64,000 nt of DNA from Nitrosopumilaceae archaeon. Its GTDB lineage: Archaea > Thermoproteota > Nitrososphaeria > Nitrososphaerales > Nitrosopumilaceae. The stretch covers positions 320,001-384,000 of the forward strand of contig CBDBMG010000003.1 in NCBI GenBank assembly GCA_965207375.1. Direction: 5' to 3'. The translations under genes were made by a program, and so were the position numbers. Below, in pieces: positions 60,901 to 64,000 of the stretch. A model generated the notes under the pieces. It worked only from the letters and a program-made list of their open reading frames with translations, made no database searches and was not told where the DNA came from. Each line of letters starts with the position of its first letter. The stretch's first letter is position 1.

Positions 60901-63900
60901 AAAAGCTCTTTGTTGGGATGCTGTGAATTTATTAGTGTATTCTTCTAATGGTACATGATGAGGAGGGAGTAATGAACCACCATCTTGGTCATCTAATAGC
61001 TGGTCAGTGACCTCTCTTACTTCTTCCTTGCTTGAGGTGCCTGTGGGTAATGTAGTGAGAAAAGCATCTGCTTTGTCTTCATCTAAAAATTGGTGCTCCA
61101 CATACATTTTAACAATAGACTGTATGTTTTCTAAGCTGAAACCACGATTAACAGCATCCATGAGAGTAGCCATAGCATCATGCTGTTCATCTACCAGGTT
61201 AGCTTCCATAGCTGCTTTTACCCATGATGATGGTGGCTCATTGATAATATTGTTAGTTAAAGTAAGGGGTACTGTGAGCAAATACTTTTGCTCATAGTAT
61301 GACTCCTGGTCATCTATTGTTATAAATCGGTGTCTAGTGATAGCAGCAGTAGCTCTTCTTACCCAGTATGTACCATTACCATCTACTAGCATACTACCTG
61401 GTGGATACCGTTCTAACATGACATACATAGAAGAAGACTGTATTTCATCATTATTGTAGATTTGTAAGAGCTTAGCATGGAGCCAGTGAAGTTTTTCAGG
61501 CCTGTTAGTAGAACTATCAAAAAGACCAGTATCTTTCAGAATATTAGTAGCTTCAGTAATATCATTTTCACTAGGTTCAGGTAGCTCACCCTCACCATTT
61601 TCACTGGGTTCAGGTAGCTCACCCTCACCACTTTCACAAGCTTCAGGTAGCTCACCCTCACCACTTTCACTAGCTTTAGGTAGCTCACCCTCACCACTTA
61701 CACTAGCTTCAGGTAGCTCACCCTCACCACTTTCACTAGCTTCAGGTAGCTCACCCTCACCACTTTCACTATCAGCTTTTAAATCATGGTCCAGACCTAA
61801 GAAAATATTTTTTAAAATAGCTGCTGTATTATCATTTTTAGCAGCAGTGGTTATAACTGTCTGTATGGCAGTGTATAGATGACCTTTAGTTTTTAATTCA
61901 TCACTCAACTTGTTGACTTTGTTGCTGAGATTAATAATGGAAGCCTTTAACTCCTCAAATTCATCAACACCTTTAAAGCCTATTAAGGGTGTTAATCCTT
62001 TTTCTGTGGCCTTCTCACCTTTACATTGTTCACTATAGTTTGATTTACGCCACCATTGAAAGTACATAGGATAAGTTATATCATTTAAGCCACTATTGCG
62101 CAACAAATAAACTTGGTGCTTAGTACTCACATATACATCTTCAGAATCTTGTGGGAGACTTGCTAATTGAACTCTATGTTTAAGGAACTGCCGCTGAGGC
62201 TTCAGCTCTGTAACTAAAAATACAGTACTTCTACTTAGATGAAACTGGTGAAATCCTAATTGAACATCTATTGCCTCACAAGCGCCAATTATTCTAGTAC
62301 GTAAATACTTTTCAGGCTCAGTAGGATTTTGAGAGAGTTTAACATTAAAACTACTTTCTGGCTTTGAAATATATTTAGCAAGATACATTTCAAACCCATG
62401 CCTGGCCACACGTTGTATGTTCATAGATGCTCCCCAAAACAATAAAATCTCTAAATTGTATGGTACAACGAGTTGGTCTTCCTTGCATCTACGAGTATAC
62501 AAAAAACGAATACCATCCTCGTCTAGTTCTTCAGTAAGTTGAGGAACTTTAAAAGGAAAGCCATACTTACATTTTGTAAGTATTTTGCCAGCATAGCCTT
62601 TAAAATATCTTTCTGGGCGGCACTCATGGTGCATTTGATACTTCTGCACCATTCTTCGTGCATATTGAGCTTGCACATTTTCAGTATCATAACTACGGGG
62701 TATTTCGGCTAACACAACATTGTCCGGTGTAGTGCCTGGCACAACCCAAAACAGGATATGCCAGTGCAACCCTCCACGTTTCTGATATTCTTTTTTGACA
62801 GCATAGTCTGTAATGATACCTAAAGGACCTGATTTTTTATCAAGCAAGATGTCCATCATGGCACTAAAACGTTTTTCAGCACCAAGAACAGACTCTAAAG
62901 GATTATGGCCAACTGCCTTTTCATCATTGGGCCTGTACGTTAAATCTTGAAACTCCGAAGGATTTGCACTAGCACCCCATCCTTTCTTAATAGTTGATTG
63001 TATTTGAGGCCAGTTATCATTAGGGGACAAGGTCAAAAAAGTCAGGTATTCCAAGTTGTTCTGTCATGGCAACTAGGTCATAGCTAAAAGACTTCCAATA
63101 CTGCTTAGACCCAGGAATTACACGGGGCACTTCTGTACCATAAGAGGCATAAGGATCAGATGTGATTGCATTAGCTGCAATTACTTTAGCTGCTGTCAAG
63201 CTTTCCTCCAGCTTACTACTTGTCACTACTTTTCTAGCATTATACGATCTTAAACGTATTTTGGTCATATAATCAAACATAAAGAATGGGAAATTAACAT
63301 CATTTGCAAATAGGCCCCTGGAGTCAAGTAGTCTAATTTTGGTAAACTGGGAAAACCCTAATAAACACTTGTAATACCAGCCACCTTGACCATATGGAAA
63401 TAAATGGGGAAAAGCCTTTTCCAATAAGAACTCTTGGCCATATTGTACACTTGTACATTCACGTAACCATTCAATACTGTCCTGCGCTTTATCAACCATG
63501 TGTGCCTGGGGATTCTGGATACCGGCAATATCCAGATTCCCATACAAAGGAGAATACTGGTCAAAATATCGTGAATCAACAGGAAAGGCCATACCTAGGG
63601 CTTCACTTTCAAGTATTTCATCTTGGTTCCCTTTTAAAATGTCAGGATTAACAATATCATTCCGTAAATATCGGTACATTGTTTCAAAACGGGCTAAAAA
63701 TTGTTTATATAGATTATTGTTTTTCTTAAACCAATTCAATGCAACTCTTATACGCTCACATGCATCAGGATATTTGGTAAGCCCCTCCGTTATTTTGTTA
63801 TTTATCATTAGAAAGCCAAACATCCCATAGTAATGCCTGTCTAATTTATGTAATGTATTCACTTCTCCTTGTATGTGCCGCCACTGGTGCTTTTTTGCAT

Positions 63901-63991
63901 CTTTTATTGTTGTAGAAAATATGCCACATAAAGCTACTTGGCATTTCTCAGCTTCACTTTTTAAAGATGTTACCTCAGGAGGGTAAACCAT
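60900..63991 (-). CDS. Helitron N-terminal region and HUH Rep endonuclease (frameshift near 63035)
   Basis: AFPHLFPYGQGG, IPGSKQYW..DLVAM..QLGIPDF/FLTLS.ND.WP, EYQKRGGLHWHIL (HUH), CKYGFP, VPYN, YLAKYISK (Y2), RIIGACEA. Confidence 0.9.
61563..61771 (-). repeat. In-frame 33-bp tandem repeat encoding (SESGEGELPEA) x ~6.3
   Basis: Direct reading inside the Rep-helicase linker. Confidence 0.95.
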
Positions 63992-64000
63992 ATCCCACTT

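Larger units (their letters stand above)
58833..64000 (-). mobile_element. Helitron-like (Helitron2/Helentron-type) rolling-circle transposon coding region; 5' part outside the window, 3' boundary undetermined
   Basis: Collinear Helitron_like_N, HUH Rep, PIF1 helicase and OTU segments. Confidence 0.9.

Overview
Eukaryotic, AT-rich, transposon-dense DNA with very small spliceosomal introns (down to 48 bp). It is most likely a non-bilaterian marine invertebrate such as a demosponge (inference from style only). No rRNA, tRNA or CRISPR array was found. Host-gene content: (i) a type IIA DNA topoisomerase gene on the minus strand (18 hand-mapped GT-AG exons, 999 codons, 53404->45023) whose C-terminal exons I cannot find in the remaining 45 kb; (ii) four one-repeat-per-exon ankyrin exons in a locally duplicated block, two of them damaged. 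Mobile DNA: a truncated BEL/Pao LTR element with a tRNA-Phe PBS; a decayed Sola2-type transposon with ~560-bp TIRs and an AATA TSD; a 5'-truncated CR1/L2-type LINE that appears to carry ~1 kb of extra 3' sequence; a six-layer nested insertion stack (37.4-45.0 kb); many MITEs with readable TSDs; a DINE/HINE-like non-autonomous family; and, at the right edge, a Helitron-like Rep/PIF1 helicase ORF fused to a C-terminal OTU protease and broken only by four homopolymer frameshifts. The most unusual signals are that Rep-Hel-OTU element and recurrent ~125-bp CTAG-ended modules that occur as inverted pairs around variable DNA and as head-to-tail tandems. All coordinates were read by eye and may be off by a few bases.
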